64,000 nucleotides of DNA, taken from assembly GCA_965197905.1 (NCBI GenBank), contig CBDAOB010000004.1:672001-736000 (forward strand). Reading direction: 5' to 3'. The translations under genes were made by a program, and so were the position numbers. Under the pieces are notes generated by a model that searched no databases, had not been told where the DNA came from, and saw only the letters and a program-made list of their open reading frames with translations. Origin of the DNA: Candidatus Latescibacterota bacterium (lineage in GTDB: Bacteria; Latescibacterota; UBA2968; UBA8231). This document shows, piece by piece, positions 17,494 through 28,270 of this stretch (position 1 is its first letter; the number at the start of each line of letters is the position of its first letter).

Positions 17494-18090
17494 TTATTTA
17501 AAAGCTGTAACGTAGGGCAGTTTGGCGGCCGCATCGTCGATGGCGACACCGGCCTCGAGCAATTGACCCAGGGCATCCCAGGTTCCGCTCAGCAGCTGCT
17601 CCCGGGGCCCATCAGGAATCGTCCCTCGGACCTGGCCGCCTTTGAACGCGATGGTTTGACCGGCAAGGTCGATGGCGACCTCCTGCTGGGGATCCTCATC
17701 GATCGAATCCATGAGCGCCGACACGTCCGCGCCGCTGGCGGTCAAGCAGGGCAATCCAAGGGCGAGACAATTGCCGAAGAAGATCTCGGCGAACGATTCC
17801 GCCACGAATGCGTTTATGCCCCAGCGCATCAAGGCCTGCGGCGCATGCTCTCGCGAAGAGCCGCAACCGAAATTCTGATTGGCCACCAGAATCGATGACC
17901 CCTGGAAGCGCTCCTGGTCGAACGGGTGATCTCCCTGGGACCGTTCGTCCTCGAAGGCGTGGGGGCCGAGGTGTTCGAAGGTCACCGTGCGCAGAAAGCG
18001 CCCCGGGATGATCCGGTCGGTGTCGATGTCGGCGCCGCGTACGACTATCGCCTGTCCTTCTATCTGAGTTCTCTTGCTGTCTGTTGTCAT
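17494..18090 (-). CDS. leuD: 3-isopropylmalate dehydratase small subunit
   Basis: IDTDRIIP, NFGCGSSREHAP, FAEIFFGN. Confidence 0.96.
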   Translation of the reverse strand: MTTDSKRTQIEGQAIVVRGADIDTDRIIPGRFLRTVTFEHLGPHAFEDERSQGDHPFDQERFQGSSILVANQNFGCGSSREHAPQALMRWGINAFVAESFAEIFFGNCLALGLPCLTASGADVSALMDSIDEDPQQEVAIDLAGQTIAFKGGQVRGTIPDGPREQLLSGTWDALGQLLEAGVAIDDAAAKLPYVTAFK

Positions 18091-18118
18091 CGTTCCTCTA
18101 CAGTTAACGTTTCGTTGA

Positions 18119-19522
18119 TCAGTTGAGCATTCCGCGCACGTCCACCACTTCTCCGCTCACGGCGGCTGCCGCCACCATAGCCGGACTCATGAGCAGCGTG
18201 CGTCCAGTTGGAGATCCCTGCCGCCCCTTGAAGTTTCTGTTGCTCGATGAGGCGCACAGCTCGCGACCCTGAAGCTTGTCCTGGTTCATGGCCAGGCACA
18301 TGGAGCAACCGGCGCCCCGCCACTCGAAACCGGCCTCTTCGAACACCTCGTGCAAGCCTTCGGTTTCAGCCGCTTGACGCACCTTCTTGGAACCGGGCAC
18401 TACCAGCGCCCTGACGCCGGGGGCTACCTTGCGGCCCTTGGCGACCCGTGCCGCCTCGCGGATGTCGGACAGACGACCGTTGGTGCACGAACCGATGAAG
18501 GCCACGTTGATCGGCGTGCCCACCACCTTTTGGCCGGCATCGAACTCCATGAACCGCATCGCCTCCTCGACATTCGAGCGTTCCGCTTCGGGGAACTCCG
18601 TTACCTCTGGAATTGTGCCGTCGATCGGCACCGATTGGCCCGGGGTAATGCCCCACGTCACCGTCGGGGCGATCTCCTCACCCGCAATCTCGAGTTCGTC
18701 ATCGTACACAGCATCGCTGTCGGAGGCCTGCTGGCGCCACCAATCGACCGCACGATCGAATCCAGCCCCGTCAGGCGTGTAGGTCCGACCCCTGAGATAG
18801 TCAAAGGTCGTTTGGTCCGGATTGATATATCCTACCCGGGCACCCCCTTCGATAGACATGTTGCAGATCGACATACGCTCTTCCATGGTCATCTTTTCGA
18901 TGACCTCGCCGCCGTATTCGTAAGCGAATCCCACACCGCCTTTTACACCGAGTTCCCGAATGATCTCCAGGATAACGTCTTTGGCGTAGACTCCAGGCCG
19001 CAGGGTGCCGGTTACGTTGATTCGTCTCGCCTTGAGCCGCGACATGGCCAGGCACTGGGTGGCCAGCACATCGCGCACCTGACTCGTGCCAATGCCGAAC
19101 GCGATGGAGCCGAAGGCCCCGTGAGTGGAGGTGTGGCTGTCGCCACAGGCGATGGTCATGCCGGGTTGGGTCAAACCCAGTTCCGGTCCGATCACGTGCA
19201 CGATACCCTGGTTCTCGTGGTTGATGTCGAACAGCGGCACCTGGAACTCGCCGGTATTCGCCTCGATCGCCACCGTCATCTCCTCGGCGAGATCGTCCAC
19301 GAACGGCCGCTTCGCCAGGTCGGTGGGCACGATGTGATCTACTGTTGCGAAGGTGAGATCCGGGAACCTGACCTTCAGGTTGCGCTCGCGCAGCATCTCG
19401 AACGCCTGAGGGCTCGTTACTTCGTGCACCAGATGCAGACCGATAAACAATTGGGTCTGACCGGACGGCAATTCACGCACCGCGTGGGTCTCCCAAACCT
19501 TTTCCAGCAATGTCTTTCCCAT
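18119..19522 (-). CDS. leuC: 3-isopropylmalate dehydratase large subunit
   Basis: [46 protein letters not shown]; start at MGKTL. Confidence 0.97.
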   Translation of the reverse strand: MGKTLLEKVWETHAVRELPSGQTQLFIGLHLVHEVTSPQAFEMLRERNLKVRFPDLTFATVDHIVPTDLAKRPFVDDLAEEMTVAIEANTGEFQVPLFDINHENQGIVHVIGPELGLTQPGMTIACGDSHTSTHGAFGSIAFGIGTSQVRDVLATQCLAMSRLKARRINVTGTLRPGVYAKDVILEIIRELGVKGGVGFAYEYGGEVIEKMTMEERMSICNMSIEGGARVGYINPDQTTFDYLRGRTYTPDGAGFDRAVDWWRQQASDSDAVYDDELEIAGEEIAPTVTWGITPGQSVPIDGTIPEVTEFPEAERSNVEEAMRFMEFDAGQKVVGTPINVAFIGSCTNGRLSDIREAARVAKGRKVAPGVRALVVPGSKKVRQAAETEGLHEVFEEAGFEWRGAGCSMCLAMNQDKLQGRELCASSSNRNFKGRQGSPTGRTLLMSPAMVAAAAVSGEVVDVRGMLN

Positions 19523-19523
19523 T

Positions 19524-21071
19524 TTACACCGCCTGTTCCTGCAAACGACTGACACGCACCGCCATTCGGTTGAGTGCATCGATGTACGCCTTGGCGCTCG
19601 CCTCGATGACGTCGGTGGAAACGCCACGTCCTTTGGTGATTTCTCCGTTCTCGGTCACACGCACGGTCACTTCTCCCATCGCCTGGCTGCCGCTGGTCAC
19701 CGCGCGAATGTTGTATTCATCAACTTTGACCGAACGCCCCACTGCTTTTTCGATGGCGCGATAGGCAGCGTCCACGGGGCCATCGCCCCATGCCGACTTC
19801 TGCACGTGCTCGCCGTCGATGCCAAGCCGAACAGTAGCCGACGGCACCGTGCCGGTGCCACTGACTGAATGCAGATAATCGAGGCTGTACTTCTCCGGCG
19901 CGTGGCGCAGCTCATCTCCGACGATTACCATGAGATCCTCGTCGTACACCTCTTTCTTCTTGTCCGCCAACTCCAGAAAACGTTCGTAGGCTGACTCCAG
20001 TTCATCCGCAGCCAGCTCGTACCCCAGCTCTTCCAGACGGTGGCGGAGGGCATGACGTCCTGAACGAGCCGTCAAGACGATCTCGGTGTCGTCCAGGCCG
20101 ATGGCGCAGGGGTCGATGATCTCGTAGGTCTCGCGTCCTTTCAGCACTCCGTCCTGGTGGATGCCAGAGCTGTGCGCAAACGCATTGCTGCCGACGATGG
20201 CTTTGTTCGGAGCCACGACGATGCCCATGGAACGGCTCACCAGGCGGCTGGAAGCGATGATCTCCCGCCGCTCAACTCCAGTCCACAGATCGAAATAGTC
20301 GCGTCGCGTCGCGATCGCCATAACGATCTCCTCCAGGGAAGCGTTGCCCGCCCGTTCGCCCAGGCCGTTGACGGTGCACTCAGCTTGCCGGGCACCGGCC
20401 TTTAAGGCCGCGAGGGTGTTGGCTACCGCCATGCCCAGATCGTCGTGGCAGTGTACGCTGATGATCGCATTGGAGCTATTGGGCACTTCGTCGAGAATCG
20501 CGGCAATTAGGGCACCGAACTGTTCGGGCACCGCGTATCCGACGGTATCCGGCACGTTGATGGTTGTGGCGCCGGCGGCGATGGTTGCTTCGATCACCTC
20601 GTGCAGGTATCTCGGATCGGTGCGAGCCGCATCCATGGGCGAGAATTCCACGTCGCCGCCGTATGACTTGGCCAGCTCCACGGCGGCCACGGCCATCTTG
20701 AGCACTTCCGCCTCGCTCTTTCGCAGTTGTCCTTCGAGATGAATCTTCGAGGTGCCCACAAAGGTGTGAATGCGCGATCGCGGAGCGCCTTTGAGCGCCT
20801 CACCAGCACGATCGATGTCCTTCGCCAGGACGCGGGCCAGTCCGCATATCGTCGGGCCCTCCACTTCTTGGCCGATGCGCCGTACTGCCTCGAAGTCATC
20901 GTTGGAGGAGATGGGGAATCCCGCCTCGATAACGTCCACCTGAAGCTTTGCCAGCTGCTGTGCAACGGTAAACTTCTCTTCTACCGAGAGCGTAGCGCCG
21001 GGGGTCTGTTCGGCATCGCGCAGAGTGGTGTCGAAAATGATGATTCGGTTTTGATCCTTCTGGTCCGTCAT
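19524..21071 (-). CDS. leuA: 2-isopropylmalate synthase
   Basis: [35 protein letters not shown]-terminal regulatory domain. Confidence 0.97.
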   Translation of the reverse strand: MTDQKDQNRIIIFDTTLRDAEQTPGATLSVEEKFTVAQQLAKLQVDVIEAGFPISSNDDFEAVRRIGQEVEGPTICGLARVLAKDIDRAGEALKGAPRSRIHTFVGTSKIHLEGQLRKSEAEVLKMAVAAVELAKSYGGDVEFSPMDAARTDPRYLHEVIEATIAAGATTINVPDTVGYAVPEQFGALIAAILDEVPNSSNAIISVHCHDDLGMAVANTLAALKAGARQAECTVNGLGERAGNASLEEIVMAIATRRDYFDLWTGVERREIIASSRLVSRSMGIVVAPNKAIVGSNAFAHSSGIHQDGVLKGRETYEIIDPCAIGLDDTEIVLTARSGRHALRHRLEELGYELAADELESAYERFLELADKKKEVYDEDLMVIVGDELRHAPEKYSLDYLHSVSGTGTVPSATVRLGIDGEHVQKSAWGDGPVDAAYRAIEKAVGRSVKVDEYNIRAVTSGSQAMGEVTVRVTENGEITKGRGVSTDVIEASAKAYIDALNRMAVRVSRLQEQAV

Positions 21072-21208
21072 TTTGGTTTTCTCTCTGGGAAAGGCCGGAC
21101 TTCCGAGATCACTTGCAGATGGAACGGTCCGGCATGCTGCTCCATCTGCCGGCTAAGTTCGAGTTCGATCGACTCGGACGCCTCGTTAAGGGCGGGTTCC
21201 ATCTGCAT
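21068..21208 (-). CDS. Unannotated 46-aa small ORF translationally coupled to leuA
   Basis: SD GGAAGGGGG then [46 protein letters not shown]; its TGA overlaps the leuA ATG (ATGA). Confidence 0.45.
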   Translation of the reverse strand: MQMEPALNEASESIELELSRQMEQHAGPFHLQVISEVRPFPERKPK

Positions 21209-21241
21209 CACCCCCTTCCGGGATTGGTATTTAGTGCCCTG

Positions 21242-22234
21242 CTACTTCGTGTCCAACCAGCTCATCATGCCGCGCAGCTTGGCGCCGACTTCTTCGATGA
21301 GGTGTTCTTGATCCTGCCGCTTGCGAGCATTGTACACCGGCCTGCCCACCTCGTTCTCCTGCAGCCACTCCTTGGCGAAGGTCCCGTTTTGCACCTCGCG
21401 GAGGATTTTTCTCATTTCGGTGCGGGTCTCTTCGGTGACAACGCGGGAACCGCGGGTCAGGTCGCCGAACTCGGCGGTGTCGGAGATCGACGAACGCATG
21501 TTGGCGATGCCGCCCTCGTAGATCAGGTCGACGATCAGCTTTACCTCGTGCAGACACTCGAAGTAGCAGATCTCCGGCTGATATCCGGCTTCCACGAGCG
21601 TATCGAATCCAGCGCGAATCAATTCCGTGATCCCACCGCAAAGCACCGATTGCTCGCCGAACAGATCCGTCTCCGTTTCCTCACGGAAGGTGGTGGTGAT
21701 GACACCGGCGCGGCCGGCGCCGATCCCTTTGGCGTACGCCAATCCGAGGTCGTGAGCACGGCCGGTGGCATCCTGATAGACCGCCAGAAGGCTCGGAACA
21801 CCGCCCCCCTGCTCGTACACCCGGCGCACCAGATGTCCCGGACCTTTGGGGGCCACCATGAAGACGTCAACGTCGTCGGGGGGAACCACCTGCTGGAAAT
21901 GGATGTTGAACCCATGGGCGAAAGCCAGAGCGTTTCCGGCTTGCAGATTCGGTTTGATGTCTGCCTCGTACACCCGGCGCTGTATCTCGTCGTTGATCAA
22001 GATCATGATAATGTCGCCGGCCTTGGCGGCGTCGGCGACGGTCATGACCACGAGGTCCTCTTTTTCGGCCGCAGCGCGACTAGCGCTGCCTTCGCGCAAG
22101 CCGACCACCACCTTGACACCGCTCTCTTTCAGGTTCAGGGAGTGGGCGTGACCCTGGCTGCCGTAACCGATTACCGCAACCGTCTTGTCGCTCAAGAGGT
22201 CGAGATTGGCGTCGCCATCGTAGAACATCTGCAT
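21242..22234 (-). CDS. ilvC: Ketol-acid reductoisomerase (class I)
   Basis: [39 protein letters not shown]. Confidence 0.97.
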   Translation of the reverse strand: MQMFYDGDANLDLLSDKTVAVIGYGSQGHAHSLNLKESGVKVVVGLREGSASRAAAEKEDLVVMTVADAAKAGDIIMILINDEIQRRVYEADIKPNLQAGNALAFAHGFNIHFQQVVPPDDVDVFMVAPKGPGHLVRRVYEQGGGVPSLLAVYQDATGRAHDLGLAYAKGIGAGRAGVITTTFREETETDLFGEQSVLCGGITELIRAGFDTLVEAGYQPEICYFECLHEVKLIVDLIYEGGIANMRSSISDTAEFGDLTRGSRVVTEETRTEMRKILREVQNGTFAKEWLQENEVGRPVYNARKRQDQEHLIEEVGAKLRGMMSWLDTK

Positions 22235-22305
22235 CGTGGGGATCTCCTGTTTTTGTGTGCTAGTCAGCAGTGATTATGGACATAGTTTTATGACCGCCTG
22301 TGATT

Positions 22306-22380
22306 GCTTCTCAGAGGCTTCGTTCGATTCTCGATTGTTGGAAAAAAACTAAGAGGAAACGAAGCCCTAGCTGAGAAAGC
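22306..22380 (-). promoter_or_regulatory. RNA hairpin in the ilvC leader overlapping the end of the leader peptide (attenuator-like)
   Basis: mRNA GCUUUCUCAG-CUAG-GGCUUCGUU pairs with AACGAAGCC-U-CUGAGAAGC. Confidence 0.6.
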
Positions 22381-22492
22381 CGATAATAAGCAGAAGGGCT
22401 GGTCTAACTGGCAGGACGCGCAGAGAGCCGGTTCGTCGGCCGCGCGGAGCGACCGGCAAGGAGGAATCGATGTTGTTGGCCCGAGACTGCAT
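22367..22492 (-). CDS. Putative ilv-leu attenuation leader peptide (41 aa)
   Basis: MQSRANNIDSSLPVAPRGRRTGSLRVLPVRPALLLIIGFLS; LLLII run just before the stop; between promoter and ilvC. Confidence 0.65.
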   Translation of the reverse strand: MQSRANNIDSSLPVAPRGRRTGSLRVLPVRPALLLIIGFLS

Positions 22493-22542
22493 TTGCTTCA
22501 AATCTTTACGGTTCAATTAGTTATCCGGCTCAAGAATAGAGA

Positions 22543-22571
22543 AATATAGAACCGGATTTTGGACATGTCAA
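22543..22571 (-). promoter_or_regulatory. Sigma70-type promoter of the ilvC-leu operon
   Basis: TTGACA (22571-22566), 17-bp spacer, TATATT (22548-22543). Confidence 0.75.
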
Positions 22572-22762
22572 GAGTTGTGCGATCCTCCATCCTATCGGCA
22601 TTTCCGCTTCGATCTTCACCCAGTCCGACCGAGACTCCGGATGCCCAGATTGGCCCGATACCTGATCGGCTTTAGATTTGGTGCCGCAAAGATCGTGTTC
22701 AAGCCGTCATTCAGCCGCTTCCGACCTTCCCGTTTCGCACAGGTGCCGCCGGCCTCGACCGA

Positions 22763-23758
22763 ATGTCAGATTCCCTGGAAATCGCTGAAATCGCCGACGC
22801 CGAAGCCTGGGACGAGCTTGCGCGCAACGGTGTGGGAGGGTCGGTGTTCGCCACTCGCCCATGGCTGGAAAGTGCCCAACATGCGACAGGTGGAGCGTTG
22901 CGTTGTTTTGGATGTTTGAAGAGCGGTCGCCTGGTGGCGGGATTGTCGGGCATGGAGCGTAGCGGGGGTGGTCTGAAACAGCTGGCCACACCAGTGCTTA
23001 CGCCCCACGGCGGTTTGATCTACCAGCCGATCGAGGCGAAGAGCCCCGCCAAGCTGGAAGCGGACCGGAACCGCGCCACCGAGCTATTGCTGCACCACGT
23101 GTCGCAGCGGTACCATCACATCTCTCTGAGTCACGCTCCCGAGATCGAGGACCTCCGACCGTTCAGCTGGCTCGGCTTCGCGTCCCAGGTGCGATACACT
23201 TATCGCATAAATATCGCCAACCTGGAAGACACCTGGGAAAAGCTGGAGCGTCGCACCCGCGGAGTTATTCGCAAGGCGGAGGAGACCGGGTTCGAATTCA
23301 AAGAAACCGGTAACACAGAGTTGATACGGAGTCAGTACGAGCGGGTCTATGAGAGAAGCAACGAGCCGGCGCCGGTGGATCCGGCTGTGGTAGAACGTTT
23401 CGTGGGCAAGGTGCTGGATGACGGGCTCGCCCGGGCCTTCGTCATCGAAGCATCGGGCGAGGTTGCTTCGGTGGTCGTCTTCGTAAACGGCTTCGATACG
23501 GCCTACGCGTGGGTGGCAGGCCAGAATCCCGACTACGCCGCCAGCGGGGCCACCTCACTACTCTACTGGCGCTTCTTCGGACATACTGAGCTCGAGCAGT
23601 TCGACTTCGTTGGGGCGAACATGCCATCCATCGCCCTTTTCAAGCGCGGGTTCGGGGGCGATCTGACCTCCTACTACGCCGTCGAGCGATATCGCAGCAA
23701 GTGGGCCAGGGCGGCATTCGCCGCCCGCCGGTTCTCCCTTCGTTTGTTTGGCAGGTGA
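22763..23758 (+). CDS. GNAT-fold / FemAB-like acyltransferase
   Basis: TRGVIRKA, GATSLLYW, FDFVGANMPSIALFKRGFGG. Confidence 0.8.
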   Translation: MSDSLEIAEIADAEAWDELARNGVGGSVFATRPWLESAQHATGGALRCFGCLKSGRLVAGLSGMERSGGGLKQLATPVLTPHGGLIYQPIEAKSPAKLEADRNRATELLLHHVSQRYHHISLSHAPEIEDLRPFSWLGFASQVRYTYRINIANLEDTWEKLERRTRGVIRKAEETGFEFKETGNTELIRSQYERVYERSNEPAPVDPAVVERFVGKVLDDGLARAFVIEASGEVASVVVFVNGFDTAYAWVAGQNPDYAASGATSLLYWRFFGHTELEQFDFVGANMPSIALFKRGFGGDLTSYYAVERYRSKWARAAFAARRFSLRLFGR

Positions 23759-23802
23759 GTCAGGTCTACCAGGCCCTCAAGAAACCTCCGGTTCACGATA
23801 GG

Positions 23803-24577
23803 TTACATCGGCCACATAAGACCCGCCATAATTCCGCCGTCGACATAGAGTACTTGGCGCGTCATAAAATCGGAAGCGGGGGAGGAGAGAAATACGGCGG
23901 TTCCAACCATGTCCTTCGGGGGCACCCAATCGGCCCGCAGGTGTAAGCTGGTGCACCCAGTCCTTCATCTTGGGGTCGTCCCATAACTTTCGATTCATGT
24001 CGGTCACTATGAATCCCGGACCGATGGCGTTGACCTGAATGTTGTACGGCCCCCATTCCGCCGCCAACCCTTTGGTCATCTGGCCGATCGCTCCCTTGCT
24101 ACCTCCGTAGACGGATATCTTCGGCACCCCGATCCCCGTCGTCAGCGAACCAATATTGACCACCTTGCCTCGACGGCGTTCGATCATTCCCTTGCCCACT
24201 TCCCGGCAGAGGAAATACGCCCCCTTGTAGTTGGTATCGGTGATCTGGTCGAATTCCACCTCGGTGATCTCTTCGATCGGCTTGCGGATATTGGTGCCGG
24301 CGACATTGAACAGGATGTCTATGGGTCCTAGCTGTCCTTCGACCTCGCGTACGGCATTGGGAATCGCGTCGATCTGGCTGATGTCCAACTCTTGCGTAAT
24401 CGTTTTGCCACCAGCGCCGGCGATCTGCGTTGCCACCTTTGTCAATGCATCCACACTCCGCGAGGCCAGAGCAACCGCTGCGCCGGCGTCGGCCAGACCG
24501 CGGGCAATCGCGGCACCGATCCCCCGGCTGGCACCGCTAACGAGTGCTACCCTGCCCCCGAGATCGAAAAGTTTCAT
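23803..24577 (-). pseudogene. SDR oxidoreductase (gluconate 5-dehydrogenase/KduD-like) with a +1 frameshift near the 3' end (possibly a sequencing error)
   Basis: SGASRGIG, NVAG, YGGSK; canonical C-terminus DMVGTAVFLSSPASDFMTRQVLYVDGG continues in another frame after ~23915, stop at 23803. Confidence 0.8.
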
Positions 24578-24583
24578 TCGTCC

Positions 24584-25592
24584 CTACTCTCCTCTCAGTT
24601 CCTTCGCTTTTGCAAACGCCCGTTCGCTCTGCTCCACCAGGTTCAGATGCGCGCTGACGTGGCCCAGCCAGTACCAGCTGTCGGCATGGGACGGATCGTG
24701 CTGCACTGCCTCCTTTAATACGGGCAGTGCCTCCTCCAGTCGCTCCAGCTTGATGTAGGTGACCGCCAGATCATGCGCCGCGTCGGCGTCGGATGGGTCC
24801 GCCTCCAGCGCTTTCGCGTAATACCGTATCGCCTGCTTAAATTCCTCCCGCAACCAGTGAATGCGTCCGACGTTTGCGAGCACCGCTCCGTTCCCCGGGT
24901 CGACCTCGAGCACGCGCAGAAAAATCTCCAGCGCTTTCTGATCCTGCTGTGAAAGCGAATAGGCATTGGCCAGTGTGATCAGGGCGTCTTCGTTGTCGGG
25001 ATTGCCCGAGAAACCGCTGCAGGTGCTCAGCGGCCTCCCCGTACCGTTGTCCGTTGTAGTGGAGCTGCCCGATCAGTAAAGACAGCTCCAGATCTTCGGG
25101 ATCCAATGCACGAGCTTTTTCGTACGCCTGGATGGCCTCTTCAACTCGCCCTGCTCGCAAGTAGCTGACCCCCAGGTTTTTCATCGATGGCACCCGCTTG
25201 GGATCGATGATCGTGGCGTCTTCGAACTCCTCGATAGCTCTAGCGTAATCTTCGGTGTTGATCGAGCCGACCCCGCGGTTGTAGCTCTCGACCCAAAACT
25301 CCTCGCGCGAGAGTGCCACCTTCGGCTCCCACTCTGCGTCCAACGTGATCGCTGCACCATACTCGGTGTTCATGCGTCCGAACTCACCCGACTTTCCGTA
25401 GGCAGATCCCAGATAGAACCGCGCCTCGGCGTTTTCGGGTGTCGCCTCAACCGCCAGCTCCAGCTGCTTTAAGGCGTTGGTCCAGTCGTCCTGTTGAATA
25501 TAGATCTTGGCCGAACTCAGATTCTTCGTCTGGCAGCTCGAGAATAGGACCATGGCGACGAGAATCAGCGCAGCGACAGGCAAGCTGTTCAC
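24584..25592 (-). pseudogene. TPR-repeat lipoprotein with a single-base frameshift at ~25006 (possibly a sequencing error)
   Basis: GTG start, lipobox LFSSC, TPR repeats; frame switches from QRFL to GNPDNEDALITLANAY and joins ORF 24584-24913. Confidence 0.75.
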
Positions 25593-25597
25593 CTTGT

Positions 25598-27034
25598 TTA
25601 ATTCCACAGTTTCGGCAGTTGGTGTATCAGGGTGATCCAGGAGAAATAGCCGAAGAATCCGAGCGCCCAGAGCATGGTGAGAAAACGCACTGGACCCATC
25701 GCGATCTTGCCTTTGAGTACCCGCTTGTTGGTCCACAACAACAGCACCGAATAGAGCAACATCACACCGCCATTCATGCACGCACTGAGGACGAGGAGCA
25801 CCAGCGGCTGGTTGAGGTCGGAGAGCATGATCAGGCAGCCAAGCAGGATTTGCGCCCACAACAGGGCGAAGTAGAGCCGGCTGTCCGTCCACCGCTCGTT
25901 GTCGCGGAGCCAGTTGACCTTGATGATACCGGTCGAAATCCGCGCGCAGGCGTCCACCACGCCCAGCTCGGTGGTCAAGAGAATGGCGATCCCCATCCAG
26001 TTGAAGAGGCGCTGGAAACCGATGCCGAAATGCTCGCCGATATAGATGCCCTCGGCGCGAACGAAATCGAAGCCCGCACCCAGCTCGGTGGCGCCGCGTG
26101 AAGTGCTGTAGGAAATCAGCGACAGCAGGATCAAGGACAGCACCGCCAGCACGTAGAAGGAGACGATATGCTCCAGGTTGGCAGCCCTCCACCATGCCTT
26201 CCACCGTCCCATGTTTTCTTCTGTGTGCTCGAAATGGTACCCGATGTCGGCAACCACCTCGTCTTCACCGGTCAGCGGGCTTGTAATTCGGCCGATGAAC
26301 CGCCCCATGCCGTAACCCTTGTCGCGCACGAAATCGCTCTGGGCCAGGTTCATGGAACCGCCGGCACCGGCAAACGCGATAGCTCCCAACAGTAGCGGCA
26401 GTTCGATGTCGGGGGGGATGTAGCCGAAGTTTACGGTGCCCTTCAACATGGCCACCACGTGTTCGGCCTTGACGATGAGCGCGACCAGCACCACCAACAG
26501 CACCACGACTACCGCCACCAGAGCGCTCTGGATGATGAATACCGTCCGGTACACTACCGGACCCAAGGTCAGGGCAAGGCCGACGACGATAAGACCGGCG
26601 ATGGAATAGATGACACGGGCACCCTCGTCGCCGCCGATTTCCCACGACAGCATAGTCGCAGCCCCCGATGCCCACCCTGGCCAGACCCACGGCACGACGT
26701 TGCAGAGCAGGAAGATCCAAGCCCAGTGTTTCCAGAGCCGGCAAAACCCGGTCACCGCGGTTTCACCCGTTGCCAGCGTCCAGCGTTCGATCTCCATGTT
26801 GATGAAGAACTGAGTGGTGACGCCCAGCATGCAGGCCCAGAAAACAACGAAACCGAAGCGGTAGGTTATGTGCGGCCAGAGAATGAACTCGCCGCTCCCG
26901 ATGGAAAGCCCCAGCAGCAGAATGCTGGGCCCGATCAGCCGCACCCAGGAAGGCGCGTCGGGAAGATCGCGGTAGGTGGGCGCCGGAAGGTTGTGGCTGG
27001 GTATCAGTTCGTGAGGAACGGACCTATCTGTCAT
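25598..27034 (-). CDS. Nramp-like / APC-superfamily membrane transporter
   Basis: GPSILLLGLSIGSGEFILWP, EIERWTLATGE, many TM helices. Confidence 0.75.
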   Translation of the reverse strand: MTDRSVPHELIPSHNLPAPTYRDLPDAPSWVRLIGPSILLLGLSIGSGEFILWPHITYRFGFVVFWACMLGVTTQFFINMEIERWTLATGETAVTGFCRLWKHWAWIFLLCNVVPWVWPGWASGAATMLSWEIGGDEGARVIYSIAGLIVVGLALTLGPVVYRTVFIIQSALVAVVVVLLVVLVALIVKAEHVVAMLKGTVNFGYIPPDIELPLLLGAIAFAGAGGSMNLAQSDFVRDKGYGMGRFIGRITSPLTGEDEVVADIGYHFEHTEENMGRWKAWWRAANLEHIVSFYVLAVLSLILLSLISYSTSRGATELGAGFDFVRAEGIYIGEHFGIGFQRLFNWMGIAILLTTELGVVDACARISTGIIKVNWLRDNERWTDSRLYFALLWAQILLGCLIMLSDLNQPLVLLVLSACMNGGVMLLYSVLLLWTNKRVLKGKIAMGPVRFLTMLWALGFFGYFSWITLIHQLPKLWN

Positions 27035-28130
27035 ACGCTCCTTCTTTCCATGCCACCAACGGATGTTTTCGCTGGCGCATCGGAAACTCTACTCTGGCGC
27101 CGGTGATTTGCGATTCGTAGGCGCCCAATATCATTTCCAATGCCGCGATTGCATCGCGGGCCGAAGATAGCGGCTCGCCATCGTTTTCGATCACATCGAT
27201 GAGGTCGAGAACCGCCCGACGGTTACCGGCCTCTTGAAAATTCTGATCTTCGACGCCATCGAGCGGCTGCCATTTCTTGGCGGAATCCTCTGGAACCAGC
27301 GCAGGATACGGATAGATCGTGGCCACCGACCCGGCACTGGTCAACATGATTCGACCTTCGCTTCCAATGATCTCCCAGCCAAACAAGTGCGGCCGGCCCG
27401 GTTGGTCCTTTCTGGAATCGAAGAAACCGGCGGCGCCGCTTTTAAAAGCGTAGTAGCAGTTTATGCAGTCTCCGGCAATCAGCTCCAGCGGCTCGGTAGC
27501 TTCTCGGGCGTCGCCCTGTTCCAGCTCATGCCCTTCAAAGGTTACGTGAGCGCTCATCCAGTCGACATCGCCAGCGAGGAATCTCATGCCGTTCAACAGG
27601 TGCGTTCCCAACACAATCATATCTTCGCCGCCCCCGCGAGCATCCTGCTTTCCGTGGGCGTGGATGGCATTGAGGTTCCCGATTCTCCCTTCGTCGATGG
27701 CTCGTTTAGTACGTTGCAGCCCGTCCACGTGGACGGCTTGATGGGCTACGGCGATCTTCTTGCCGGCGGCATCCGCTGCGCGCACGATCTCGTCCCCTTC
27801 CTGGAGGTTTGAAGTCATTGGCTTCTCACAATAGATGTCCGCCCCAGCTTCGAGACAGGCCATCACCATCTCCAGGTGCCGGCCGGGCCAACGCGGGCAG
27901 ACAGAGGCCAGATCGGGTTTCTCTTCCTTGAGCATCTCTTTGTAGTCGGCGTATGCCCGCGGCACGCCGGCGCTCTCTTGTGCTTGCTTGCGCCCCTCCT
28001 CATCCTCATCCGCCAGGGCTACGAAATCGATGGTCTCCAGATCCTGAAAGGGCTTGTGAAGGCCATGTCCGAATCCACCGGCGCCCGTGCTGCCAATAGA
28101 AACTGCTCTGTAGACTTTGCTGGAAGGCAT
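27024..28130 (-). CDS. Gfo/Idh/MocA family oxidoreductase
   Basis: Rossmann N-terminus, YCEKPM, DMIVLGTH. Confidence 0.9.
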   Translation of the reverse strand: MPSSKVYRAVSIGSTGAGGFGHGLHKPFQDLETIDFVALADEDEEGRKQAQESAGVPRAYADYKEMLKEEKPDLASVCPRWPGRHLEMVMACLEAGADIYCEKPMTSNLQEGDEIVRAADAAGKKIAVAHQAVHVDGLQRTKRAIDEGRIGNLNAIHAHGKQDARGGGEDMIVLGTHLLNGMRFLAGDVDWMSAHVTFEGHELEQGDAREATEPLELIAGDCINCYYAFKSGAAGFFDSRKDQPGRPHLFGWEIIGSEGRIMLTSAGSVATIYPYPALVPEDSAKKWQPLDGVEDQNFQEAGNRRAVLDLIDVIENDGEPLSSARDAIAALEMILGAYESQITGARVEFPMRQRKHPLVAWKEGAYDR

Positions 28131-28270
28131 CTTGTCTCTCCGTGAAATTTTAGCCTGAAAACTGGGGCTTCAATCTAATAACTAGCGATTGGAGCAGCCA
28201 GTCTGCCCCGGCGGACGTCGCTGCTTGCTGCCCTAAGGACAAAGGGGCATCTTCTCCGACGGAGCACGGT

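Noticed and set aside
18350..22273. Long plus-strand ORFs (18350-19552, 21113-22273) and similar ones elsewhere, e.g. 38323-39483 and 59025-60101
   Set aside because: Antisense shadows of well-conserved genes, expected with GC-rich codon usage; no recognisable motifs.
24837..26204. 455-aa ORF overlapping the Nramp-like gene
   Set aside because: Its first half is an alternative frame of the transporter; the real gene starts near 25592 and is frameshifted at ~25006.
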